Shown piece after piece: positions 10,395-19,132 of a stretch of 64,000 bases of DNA. The stretch lies in assembly GCA_051868045.1 (NCBI GenBank), contig JBJDZN010000076.1, positions 71,194-135,193 on the forward strand, given 5' to 3'. Origin of the DNA: Eubacteriales bacterium. Its GTDB lineage: Bacteria > Bacillota > Clostridia > Oscillospirales > CAG-272. How positions within the stretch are numbered: the stretch's first letter is position 1; each line of letters opens with the position of its first letter. The position numbers and the translations under genes are program-made. Under the pieces are notes generated by a model. The model did no database searches and was not told the origin of the DNA. It worked only from the letters and a program-made list of their open reading frames with translations.

Positions 10395-11369
10395 ATGACC
10401 AATATGCTGAAAAAAACGGCGGCTGTTTTGCTGGCGATCTTCATGTTGTTGACCGGCATGACCGGATGCTCCTCTCCGAAGGTTCTGCGGCTGGGGGATT
10501 TTGAAGTTTCCTACGATATGCTCCGCTACTTTTCCTGTAACTATATGAAGGAAGCCGGGCATACTCAAGAGGAGTACGAGAACTCTCCCGAACTGCAAAA
10601 GGAGCTGGAGGATCAGGTTTACGGAACGCTGAAGGAGCTTGCCGCATACAGTCAGCTTGCTGAACAGTATAAAATTGAGCTGACAAGTGCTGAGAAGAAT
10701 CAGATTGAGAAGGAACTCACCGATCTGCGGGCGAATTACGCTTCCGACGAGGAATACGAGCAGGCACTGGAAGAACAGTACCTGACCGAGGATGTCTATC
10801 GTCAGATTCAGGAAATTTACGCCGTCTGTGATCGTTTGTACGAATGCCTCCTGGGTCTTCAGGAAATCGACGATGACACCATCCGGAAGGATATTGACAG
10901 TGGAAACTGGTTTGCGGCGGAATATCTGTGTGTGGTATATACGAGTGACGATGAAGATGCCAAGCGACTGGAACTGATGGAGGAGATCCTGAGTCGTGCA
11001 AAAGCCGGGGAGAGCCTTTCGGCACTGGCAGATGAATATCGGTTGATTTACGGCTTGGGTGAGGTGACCTACGACAATCTGGAGGCATTTACCTATTATT
11101 CGGTGGATGTCAGCCAGCAGTTGGAGGATACCGTGACCGCGCTTGAGATCGGCGAGTACAGCGAGGTTTGCCGGATTTCGAATAGCGGATTTTTCATCGC
11201 TCACCGTCTGCCGCTGGAGCAGGAATATATCGAGGACAATTTTGACTCGGTTTTCTGGACCGGTTACCAGACAAGAGAGTTTTTCCGGACCATTGAACAG
11301 TTCAAAGAGGGTCTGGAAGTCGATTACAAGAGCAAATATGAGGATCTCAAGCTCTGGATGCTTGAATAG
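10395..11369 (+). CDS. Lipoprotein with a SurA-N/PrsA-like chaperone fold and a degenerate parvulin-like segment
   Basis: Lipobox LLTGMTGC. The C-terminal stretch (ILSRAKAGESLSALADEY...GFFIAHRL) resembles a parvulin domain. Confidence 0.5.
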   Translation: MTNMLKKTAAVLLAIFMLLTGMTGCSSPKVLRLGDFEVSYDMLRYFSCNYMKEAGHTQEEYENSPELQKELEDQVYGTLKELAAYSQLAEQYKIELTSAEKNQIEKELTDLRANYASDEEYEQALEEQYLTEDVYRQIQEIYAVCDRLYECLLGLQEIDDDTIRKDIDSGNWFAAEYLCVVYTSDDEDAKRLELMEEILSRAKAGESLSALADEYRLIYGLGEVTYDNLEAFTYYSVDVSQQLEDTVTALEIGEYSEVCRISNSGFFIAHRLPLEQEYIEDNFDSVFWTGYQTREFFRTIEQFKEGLEVDYKSKYEDLKLWMLE

Positions 11370-11376
11370 ATTTCAG

Positions 11377-11415
11377 GCGGGCTTGCGCAAAAGATAGGCG
11401 CAAGCCCGCTTTTTT
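11377..11415 (+). terminator. Intrinsic terminator ending the Gld-like operon
   Basis: 12-bp stem GCGGGCTTGCGC/GCGCAAGCCCGC followed by TTTTTT. Confidence 0.85.
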
Positions 11416-11460
11416 GAATGATTTTCATTGAAAACCCAATAAAATCAAATGAAAAAAGAC

Positions 11461-11489
11461 TTGCATTCTTTTTCAAACTGTGCTATAAT
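11461..11489 (+). promoter_or_regulatory. SigA-type promoter for the ACT/UPF0210 operon
   Basis: TTGCAT, 17-nt spacer, TATAAT. Confidence 0.6.
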
Positions 11490-11527
11490 AACCAAAGCTT
11501 ATTCCATATCAAAGGAGATACATCAAG

Positions 11528-11797
11528 ATGAAAGCAGTGATTACAGTTACAGGTACCGACGGAGTCGGCATCGTTGCCAAGGTTTCCGCTCTGTGTGCAG
11601 AATACGGAGCCAATATTGTGGATATTTCCCAGAGCGTTCTGCGGGAGTATTTTGCTATGATCATGATCGTGGATATTGAGAATCTGAACATTCCGTTTAC
11701 CGAGTTTGTGGATCTGGCGAAGACCTACGGCGAGAAGAACGGTCTGCAAATCTCGGCAATGCACGAAGATATTTTCAATACCATGCACCACATCTGA
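11528..11797 (+). CDS. ACT domain protein (UPF0237 family)
   Basis: 89 aa, with [20 protein letters not shown] typical of stand-alone ACT proteins. Confidence 0.8.
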   Translation: MKAVITVTGTDGVGIVAKVSALCAEYGANIVDISQSVLREYFAMIMIVDIENLNIPFTEFVDLAKTYGEKNGLQISAMHEDIFNTMHHI

Positions 11798-11813
11798 TCC
11801 GGAGGGAACGACA

Positions 11814-13178
11814 ATGCAAATGATCAGTCAGAACGATATTCTGGAAACCATCAATATGATTCATTCGGAAAACCTGGATATCAGAACCATTACCATGGGC
11901 ATTTCGCTCTATGACTGCGTTTCCGATGACGTAAACCGCCTGTGTGACAATATCTACGATAAAATCACCTCAAGGGCAGGAAATCTGGTGAAAACCGGTG
12001 ATGAAATCGAAAAAAAGTACGGCATTCCGATTATCAATAAGCGGGTGTCCCTGACTCCCATCAGCCTGATCGGCGGAAAATGCAACAGCGACGGATATGT
12101 GAAGATCGCCAAGACCCTTGACCGTGCCGCAAAGGAACTGGGCATTAACTTCATCGGCGGTTATACCGCACTGGTTCAGAAGGGGATGTCCTACAATGCT
12201 TCCGCACTGCTGGACAGTATTCCCCAGGCACTGACCGAGACCGATTACCTCTGCTCGTCGGTGAACGTCGCTTCCACCAAGGCGGGAATCAATATGGACG
12301 CCATCCTTCGCTGCGGAAATATCATCAAAACCGCCGCTAAGATGACCGCAGATCGGGATTCCATCGCCTGCGCCAAATTTGTGGTCTTTGCCAATGCCCC
12401 AGAGGATAACCCCTTCATGGCAGGTGCCTTCAACGGCATGGGCGAACCTGAGACCGTCATCAATGTGGGCGTGTCGGGACCCGGCGTAGTGGCATCGGCA
12501 ATCCGCAGAGCAGGGGACTGCGATCTGTCCGAGCTGGCGGAAACCGTCAAGCGGACGGCGTTCAAGATCACCCGTGTGGGACAGTTGGTAGCAAGAGAGG
12601 CAGCCGACCGTCTGGGCGTTCCCTTCGGCATTATCGACCTGTCCCTGGCTCCCACTCCTGCCATCGGCGACAGCGTGGCGCAGGTGCTGGAGGAAATGGG
12701 ACTGGAAAAGTGCGGCGGATGGGGAACCACCGCCTGCCTGGCACTGCTGAACGATGCCGTCAAGAAGGGCGGCGTCATGGCATCCTCCCATGTGGGCGGA
12801 CTGTCGGGTGCCTTCATCCCCGTGTCCGAAGATGCCGGCATGATTTCTGCGGCAAAGTGCGGCGCACTGACCCTGAATAAGCTGGAATCCATGACGGCGG
12901 TCTGCTCGGTGGGATTGGATATGATTGCCATCCCCGGCGACACCACAACCGAGGTGATCTGCGGCATTATCGCCGACGAGATCTCCATCGGTGTTGCCAA
13001 TACCAAGACCACGGCGGTCCGTGTGATCCCCGCCATCGGCAGGCACGTCGGCGAGAGCGTTCACTTCGGCGGACTGCTGGGCGAGGCTCCCATTATGGAG
13101 GTTGCTCCCTACAGTCCCGCCCGGTTCATCCATCGGGGCGGACGCATCCCCGCACCCATTCATTCGCTGAAAAACTGA
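11814..13178 (+). CDS. UPF0210 / DUF711 (PFL-like) family protein
   Basis: ATG at 11814 preceded by GGAGGG. About 454 aa, beginning ...ILETINMI...[13 protein letters not shown]. It forms the conserved pair with the ACT gene. Confidence 0.75.
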   Translation: MQMISQNDILETINMIHSENLDIRTITMGISLYDCVSDDVNRLCDNIYDKITSRAGNLVKTGDEIEKKYGIPIINKRVSLTPISLIGGKCNSDGYVKIAKTLDRAAKELGINFIGGYTALVQKGMSYNASALLDSIPQALTETDYLCSSVNVASTKAGINMDAILRCGNIIKTAAKMTADRDSIACAKFVVFANAPEDNPFMAGAFNGMGEPETVINVGVSGPGVVASAIRRAGDCDLSELAETVKRTAFKITRVGQLVAREAADRLGVPFGIIDLSLAPTPAIGDSVAQVLEEMGLEKCGGWGTTACLALLNDAVKKGGVMASSHVGGLSGAFIPVSEDAGMISAAKCGALTLNKLESMTAVCSVGLDMIAIPGDTTTEVICGIIADEISIGVANTKTTAVRVIPAIGRHVGESVHFGGLLGEAPIMEVAPYSPARFIHRGGRIPAPIHSLKN

Positions 13179-13197
13179 ACAGGCGCATCAATACATC

Positions 13198-13238
13198 AAA
13201 AACCGATAGCCCCTGAATCCAGAGGCTATCGGTTTTTT
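13198..13238. terminator. Bidirectional terminator between UPF0210 and araC-like
   Basis: Stem AACCGATAGCC/GGCTATCGGTT flanked by an A-run and a T-run. Confidence 0.8.
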
Positions 13239-13274
13239 CTGTTGATTGGTTTATACTTTGACGAAGGTACCGCC

Positions 13275-14165
13275 TTATTGTTGCTGCACTATCGGTTCAC
13301 TGACCGTCCTGCCCTTTTCGGAGGCGTTCAGAATCTTCCTCATATCCACCGGGCTGTAACCGTAGTATTTGCGGAAGCAGTCGGAGAAATAGGATGCTGT
13401 ACCGAATCCTGAGGCAAAGGCGACCTCTTCCACCGAAAACCGGTCGGATTTCAGCAGATTGTGGGCATAGGACAGTCTTGTCTGCATCAGATAGGTGTTG
13501 AAGGATACCCCCATCTGCTCGGTAAAGCGCGCACCCAGATAGTTGGGCGTGATCGGGATGGTTGCGGCAACGCCCTGGAGGGTCAGCTTGTTCTTGAAGT
13601 TGTACTTGATATAGGAGACCGCCTGCATGACAATACTTGAAACGTTGTTGTCCACGTTCTCATGGTTCTCGATTTTCTGCATGTAGAGAATGACGATGAA
13701 TTCCAGTAGATCGGCAATCGCCCGATCTCTCAGGGGACAGGCTTCGCTGTCGGCATCGTATAATTCCTTCAGCTTGTGGAACAGCGGTTCGATGAAGGCA
13801 ATTTCTGCCTGGGTAAAACGGATAGCCGGCCACTGATCGTTGGAGTAGATCTTGTCGTAGGCCTCCTTGGTGAGAATCAGGTCATTAAAGGCGATGTTGT
13901 AAATCACCATGTTGGAAGTTGCGGACAGATGATGAAAATCGGCGGGAGTGACCATGTAACAGCTCCCCGCCTCCAGATGATAATCCATGCCGTTTACCTG
14001 ATATTCACCGGTTCCCGAAGCGAAATATTCCAGTTCGAAATAGTCATGCCAATGATGCCATGTTTGGGTATTGTATTCCTTGAATATGACCTCAATATTG
14101 TTCTTTTCAAACCTTCTGTCCGAGCGCACCAGTCTCGGGAAATCATTTTTGCTGTGGATTGCCAC
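13275..14165 (-). CDS. AraC family transcriptional regulator (cupin N-domain plus HTH)
   Basis: C-terminal AraC HTH (LTLQGVAATIPITPNYLGARF..., FASGFGTASYFSDCFRKYYGYSP). Confidence 0.9.
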   Translation of the reverse strand: MAIHSKNDFPRLVRSDRRFEKNNIEVIFKEYNTQTWHHWHDYFELEYFASGTGEYQVNGMDYHLEAGSCYMVTPADFHHLSATSNMVIYNIAFNDLILTKEAYDKIYSNDQWPAIRFTQAEIAFIEPLFHKLKELYDADSEACPLRDRAIADLLEFIVILYMQKIENHENVDNNVSSIVMQAVSYIKYNFKNKLTLQGVAATIPITPNYLGARFTEQMGVSFNTYLMQTRLSYAHNLLKSDRFSVEEVAFASGFGTASYFSDCFRKYYGYSPVDMRKILNASEKGRTVSEPIVQQQ

Positions 14166-14251
14166 TTTACGAACCTCTTTCTACACACCTTATTTTTTTG
14201 AAAATCACACAAAATATTATAGTCCTTTTTCTGCCGTTTGTCAATACAAAA

Positions 14252-14332
14252 ATCAACGATGATCGCCATAAAATCAACGAATCTTCTGTTTTCTACACTA
14301 AACTTACTGTCATAAATTTAAAAAATCAATGA
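14252..14332. repeat. Three direct repeats ATCAA(C/T)GA upstream of the AraC-family gene
   Basis: Copies at 14252, 14273 (21-nt offset) and 14325, within an AT-rich intergenic region. Confidence 0.6.
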
Positions 14333-14383
14333 TCACTGTGCTTCTGAATATAAAAAATTGTGAATCTGAAGTGCGAAGGACGT

Positions 14384-15352
14384 TTATTTTCTGCCTTGTT
14401 CCAGCAAGGCGGGAATATCAATGGGCAAAACGGCGGTTCCGGGGTAGTAGGCGGCGATGATGTCCTCAAATTCCGCTCCCTCTTCTGCCATTTTGATGGC
14501 ACCGCTTCGACTCATGCCCACGCCGTTTCCTTCGCCGCGGATGGTAAATCGGTAGGTTGAGACGCTTTTCTCAATGGTGAAATCGGTGGACGGGAGGAAA
14601 AGAGCGGAGGCGAAGACCCAGCCCTCCACAACCTGATCGCCGATCTGCACCTTATCGACCCTTCCTGCCGCCGTTCGGGACAGAATCTCGGGAATTCCGT
14701 CCTTTATTCCGAAATTCGAAAGCAGAAGTGCCGAAACCACCTCTTCGGACAGGGTGACCTCGTAGCATTCGATTTCCTCGTAGGTCCGGACTGAGCAGAG
14801 ATAGGGAATGTCGGTATGCCCCACGTTTTTGGCGTCCTCGGTCAAAAGATAGGATCGGTCGTGCATCAGCGTCAGGGCAAGCTCGCCCTCATAACAGACG
14901 CCGAATCCCAGCACCGTCGAGACCGCCTCATGAATTTTCGAATATAACGGTTCGCAGACGGTCTCCCCGTAGCACTCGACAGCCTCAGATTTCGGAAGAT
15001 AACCGGATCCGTGATCGGGGTCATCGCAGAAGTCAACAGCCAGTTCTTGGGCGTGTTCGCATCTGCCGCACAGGGAAAGGAGCTTGCTTTCGGTGGCGAT
15101 TGAAAAGGCAAGCAGGGCTTGCTCGGGGTAGTCGGTTTCAAAATCCAGATCGGCGGCAAGACAGCCCTCCAGATAATCCGCAAATGCCAGTTCCTCGATC
15201 TGCCCGCTTTCCTGTCGGTACAGTCTGATCGTATCGGTCTGCTCTCCGTTTTTGGGTCTCAGGGACAGAATCAGGGCGGGCAGGGCGGACATCAGCAGAA
15301 TGCAGAGAATCAGGACAGGGGTCAACAGGCGTTTGTTTGTCGTCATACGCAT
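14384..15352 (-). CDS. SpoIID/LytB domain protein
   Basis: Signal/TM segment after MRMTTNKR. The C-terminal GEGNGVGMSRSGAIKMAEEGAEFEDIIAAYYPGT is the SpoIID hallmark. The start was chosen at the internal Met. Confidence 0.75.
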   Translation of the reverse strand: MRMTTNKRLLTPVLILCILLMSALPALILSLRPKNGEQTDTIRLYRQESGQIEELAFADYLEGCLAADLDFETDYPEQALLAFSIATESKLLSLCGRCEHAQELAVDFCDDPDHGSGYLPKSEAVECYGETVCEPLYSKIHEAVSTVLGFGVCYEGELALTLMHDRSYLLTEDAKNVGHTDIPYLCSVRTYEEIECYEVTLSEEVVSALLLSNFGIKDGIPEILSRTAAGRVDKVQIGDQVVEGWVFASALFLPSTDFTIEKSVSTYRFTIRGEGNGVGMSRSGAIKMAEEGAEFEDIIAAYYPGTAVLPIDIPALLEQGRK

Positions 15353-15485
15353 CGCACCTTTCTGTGGGTAGTATTGACCGATTTGGAACACTTTCATGCA
15401 AGTATATGAAAATCCCCCGCAGATCATGCGGTGGATTCCGACGTGAAAACTTTGGGAGAATTCTTCAAAAAATCAACAAATCCGA

Positions 15486-15514
15486 TTGACAAATTCCCTC
15501 GAATGCTTTATAAT
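15486..15514 (+). promoter_or_regulatory. SigA-type promoter for galM
   Basis: TTGACA, 17-nt spacer, TATAAT (perfect consensus). Confidence 0.7.
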
Positions 15515-15595
15515 AGACTCAACGCATGGGAAACTTGCAAAAATAAAACGAAAACAAAATCAGATATGCCGCAAAATGCGGAAGCGGAGGTTTTT

Positions 15596-16639
15596 ATGAG
15601 TATTGAAAAAAGCGTGTTCGGAACATTGGAAGGCAGGGATGTTTATGCCTATACCCTGACGGTGGGGGATCTGGCAGTCACCCTTTCGGAGTATGGCGCA
15701 AGAGTGGCGAAGGTGATCTTTGCCGGCACTTCGGTGGTCTGCGGATTTGACGGTCTGGAGGGACATCTTGCCGACGGCGATTATCACGGTTCGGTTGTAG
15801 GACGGTACGCAAACCGGATCTCCGACGGTAAATTTACCCTGAACGGGAAGGAGTACACCCTTGCCTGCAACGAGGTTGCCAGAGGCGAACATCTCCACGG
15901 CGGAAACGTGGGCTTTTCCTCTAAGGTATGGGACGTGGTGGAGACGGCTTCGGATGAGAAGTCCGCTTCCATACGATTCCGTCTGACCTCTCCTGACGGT
16001 GAGGAAGGCTATCCCGGAAATCTTACCGTTTATGTGACCTATACCGTGGCTGACGATGCCATCACCATCGACTATCTGGCAGAAACCGATGCCGATACCA
16101 TCCTGAATCTGACCAATCACAGCTATTTCAGCCTGTCTGGCGTAGGCAACACCATTCTGGATCATAAGCTGACCCTGAACTGCGGCAAGTACGTTCCCGT
16201 AAACGAGCGTCTGATTCCCCTTGGCGAGCTGGCGGATGTGACCGGTACCCCCTTTGACTTCCGTGAAGGCAAGACCATCGGACAGGACATCGGAGCCAAT
16301 GATGAGCAGTTGAAGATTGCCGGCGGCTACGATCACTGCTTTGTCAGAGGAAACGGTGAGAATACCGAAACTCCCCGGTGGATTGGAACGATTTCCTCTC
16401 CCGTTACCGGAATTACCATGGAAATTCTGACCACCGAGGGCGGCATTCAGATGTATACGGGCAATTACATGACAGCCCCCAATCCCTTCTTCGGCACGAT
16501 TCCCCAGAAACAGAATCAGGCAGTGGCACTGGAGTGCAATCGGATGCCCGATTCCCCCAATCAGAAGAATTTCCCCTCTCCCGTCATCCGGGCAGGTCAG
16601 AAATATACTCAGACCACCGTGTATAAATTTTCGAAATAA
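15596..16639 (+). CDS. galM: Aldose 1-epimerase (galactose mutarotase)
   Basis: ATG at 15596 after GGAGG. Motifs NRISDGKFTLNGKEYTL, HLHGG and LTNHSYF. Confidence 0.9.
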   Translation: MSIEKSVFGTLEGRDVYAYTLTVGDLAVTLSEYGARVAKVIFAGTSVVCGFDGLEGHLADGDYHGSVVGRYANRISDGKFTLNGKEYTLACNEVARGEHLHGGNVGFSSKVWDVVETASDEKSASIRFRLTSPDGEEGYPGNLTVYVTYTVADDAITIDYLAETDADTILNLTNHSYFSLSGVGNTILDHKLTLNCGKYVPVNERLIPLGELADVTGTPFDFREGKTIGQDIGANDEQLKIAGGYDHCFVRGNGENTETPRWIGTISSPVTGITMEILTTEGGIQMYTGNYMTAPNPFFGTIPQKQNQAVALECNRMPDSPNQKNFPSPVIRAGQKYTQTTVYKFSK

Positions 16640-16655
16640 ATCGAAATGCTTTCAG

Positions 16656-16690
16656 GTCAGCCTCAGATGTTCGCATTGGGGCTGACTTTT
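16656..16690 (+). terminator. Intrinsic terminator after galM
   Basis: Stem GTCAGCC(TC)/(GG)GGCTGAC followed by TTTT. Confidence 0.55.
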
Positions 16691-16829
16691 GCATTCAGAA
16701 GGCGATCTGCATAAAGTTCCCTCTGTCGGAAATCTTTTATGGATTCAGACAGATTTTCGTTTTTCTTCATATAACCTTCACAAAGCCCGTATATAATAGG
16801 GTTATCAAGAAAATGAGGAGGAATAAACC

Positions 16830-18404
16830 ATGAATAATGGATATTTTGATAATTTGAGACCAAACGGAAATCCGCAGAATGGGGACACTCCTGCAGGACA
16901 GAATGGCGAAAACGGGCTAAGTGAGCAAGACATTCAGAACGGTCAGACGGCGCAAAACGGACAAAACGGGCAAACCGAACAGACTGAGCAGACCGTGCAA
17001 AGCGATCCGACTGTAAATCAGCCTGCCGACGGAAGCTATTCTTATAGCGGCTCCGCACTCTCTGCCTCCCGTGAACAGGTAGGCGGTTACGCTTCGGATC
17101 ATGCGCAAAGATCCGAATATGAGGTCAGCTACAACAGCCAAAGCCGAACCTACAGCTATACCGGTGGGTTTGCTGCCGATCAGCAGATGCAAAACGTGAA
17201 GCCCCGCAAGAGCCATAAGGGAGCGTGGGTCGGCGTAATGGCACTGATGCTGGTGCTTTCCTGTATTGTAGGCGGAGCCTGCGGTTATCTGGTTGCCTCC
17301 GGCACCACGGTAAACTCGAACGGCACGACAAACGTCAACCAGCTTTCCCCTGAAGAGATCGTCCAGAAATATACGACGATAATCGAGAGCACCGCAACCA
17401 ATCAGACCAATCTGATGACCCAGGCAGCAGAGATTGCCCATAACAGCGTCGTAATCATTGATACCTTCATCAGCGAGCAGTATGCGCAGCTCAACCAGCC
17501 CTCCGGATCGGGCAGCGGCGTGATCTGGAGCTCGGACGGTTATGTGGTCACCTGCAATCATGTGGTGGAGAACTCGGCAATTATCAAAGTTACCCTGACC
17601 GACGGAAAGAGCTATGTGGCAAAGATTGTGGGAACCGATGCCAAGACCGATCTGGCGGTTCTGAAGATTGATGCCACCGACAGCGTCCTCTATCCTGCTG
17701 TGATCCGGGACGATACGGCATCTCCCTTGGTGCTTGCCGAATCGGTTATCGCCATCGGAAATCCCCTTGGCGTACTGGGCGGTACGGTAACGGAGGGAAT
17801 TCTGTCGGCACTGGAGCGCAACATTACCGTTGAAGGAATGTCCATGACCCTGCTTCAGACCTCGGCATCGGTCAACTCAGGTAACTCCGGCGGCGGACTG
17901 TTTGACATTAACGGCGCATTGATCGGAATTGTCAATGCGAAATCCACCGGTGAGGATGTGGAAGGACTGGGCTTTGCCATTCCGATTTCCACTGTCCGTC
18001 AGGTCGCCGGTGAACTGATCACCAACGGCTATGTGACCGGCAGACCCCAGATCGGTGTCAGCGTGGTCAGCGTCACCAACGAGAACAGCAGTTATATCTT
18101 CGGCACCGATTATTACCCTGCGCTGAAGGATTACGCAACCCGTGACAGCGGCTGGGGAAGACTCTCCGTGGTTGTCGGCGTCTACCTGGTAGACGACAGC
18201 AAGGTTATCTATGCTGAAGGCTCGGAACAGCTTGCCTACGGAGATCGGATCACCTATGTGGGCGGCGTGGAAATTGCCTCTGCTTCGGATATTTCCACTG
18301 CACTCAACGATTATGTTGCAGGTCAGACGATTACCGTGACGGCAATCCGTGACCGTTCTCAGACGATTACCGTACAGATCGTACTGGGGCAGGCTGGCGC
18401 ATAA
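16830..18404 (+). CDS. HtrA/DegP-family S1C serine protease with a PDZ domain and a low-complexity N-terminus
   Basis: Catalytic motifs TCNHVV, TDLAVLKI and GNSGGGLF. One TM helix follows a Q/N/G/T-rich N-terminal region. Confidence 0.9.
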   Translation: MNNGYFDNLRPNGNPQNGDTPAGQNGENGLSEQDIQNGQTAQNGQNGQTEQTEQTVQSDPTVNQPADGSYSYSGSALSASREQVGGYASDHAQRSEYEVSYNSQSRTYSYTGGFAADQQMQNVKPRKSHKGAWVGVMALMLVLSCIVGGACGYLVASGTTVNSNGTTNVNQLSPEEIVQKYTTIIESTATNQTNLMTQAAEIAHNSVVIIDTFISEQYAQLNQPSGSGSGVIWSSDGYVVTCNHVVENSAIIKVTLTDGKSYVAKIVGTDAKTDLAVLKIDATDSVLYPAVIRDDTASPLVLAESVIAIGNPLGVLGGTVTEGILSALERNITVEGMSMTLLQTSASVNSGNSGGGLFDINGALIGIVNAKSTGEDVEGLGFAIPISTVRQVAGELITNGYVTGRPQIGVSVVSVTNENSSYIFGTDYYPALKDYATRDSGWGRLSVVVGVYLVDDSKVIYAEGSEQLAYGDRITYVGGVEIASASDISTALNDYVAGQTITVTAIRDRSQTITVQIVLGQAGA

Positions 18405-18445
18405 AATCAACCGATAACAACCGATAAATGGAAAGGACAACAGAT

Positions 18446-19132
18446 ATGTACCGAATACTGGTTGTAGACGACGAGGAAATGATCCGGTCCCTGATCCGCA
18501 AGTATGCCGAATTTGAAGGGCATACGGTGACAGAGGCGGCAAACGGGATGGAAGCTCTGAACAAATTCAAGAACGGAGACTTCCAACTGGTGATCATGGA
18601 CATCATGATGCCTGTGCTGGACGGATTGTCTGCCTGTCGGGAGATACGAAAGACCTCAGATGTTCCCATTATCCTCCTCTCCGCAAGAGGGGAGGAGTAT
18701 GACCGGATCGGCGGATTCCAGCTTGGCGTGGACGATTATGTGGTCAAGCCCTTTTCGCCTAAGGAGCTGATGCTTCGGGTGGATGCCATCATGAAGCGGG
18801 CAGGAAAAGGGGCAAAGGAACCCGCTGAAGAAAAGCGGGATGTCTGGCAGCAGGAGGGTCTTGTGGTAGACTTCACCGCACGGATAGTGACGGTGGACGG
18901 CGTAAAGGCAGATCTGTCTCCCAAGGAGTACGAACTGCTTTTCTACATGATCCGCAATCGGGGCATTGCCCTGACCAGAGAGAAGCTGATCTGCGAAGTC
19001 TGGGGCTATGATTTTTACGGTGACGATCGGACGCTGGATACCCACATCAAGCTCCTGCGGCACTCCCTTGGCAAATACAGTAAGCTGATCGTTACACTCA
19101 GAGGGGTTGGTTACCGCTTTGATGGAAAGTAA
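18446..19132 (+). CDS. OmpR-family response regulator
   Basis: MYRILVVDDEE, ...MDIMMP..., and a winged-helix C-terminus (LTREKL...TLDTHIKLLR...TLRGVGYRF). Confidence 0.9.
   Translation: MYRILVVDDEEMIRSLIRKYAEFEGHTVTEAANGMEALNKFKNGDFQLVIMDIMMPVLDGLSACREIRKTSDVPIILLSARGEEYDRIGGFQLGVDDYVVKPFSPKELMLRVDAIMKRAGKGAKEPAEEKRDVWQQEGLVVDFTARIVTVDGVKADLSPKEYELLFYMIRNRGIALTREKLICEVWGYDFYGDDRTLDTHIKLLRHSLGKYSKLIVTLRGVGYRFDGK

Noticed and set aside
16663-17058. A minus-strand 131-aa ORF with repeated RFA/SVRFA motifs.
   Set aside because: It is the antisense reading of the repetitive N-terminal coding region of htrA and of its promoter region. It has no independent signals.
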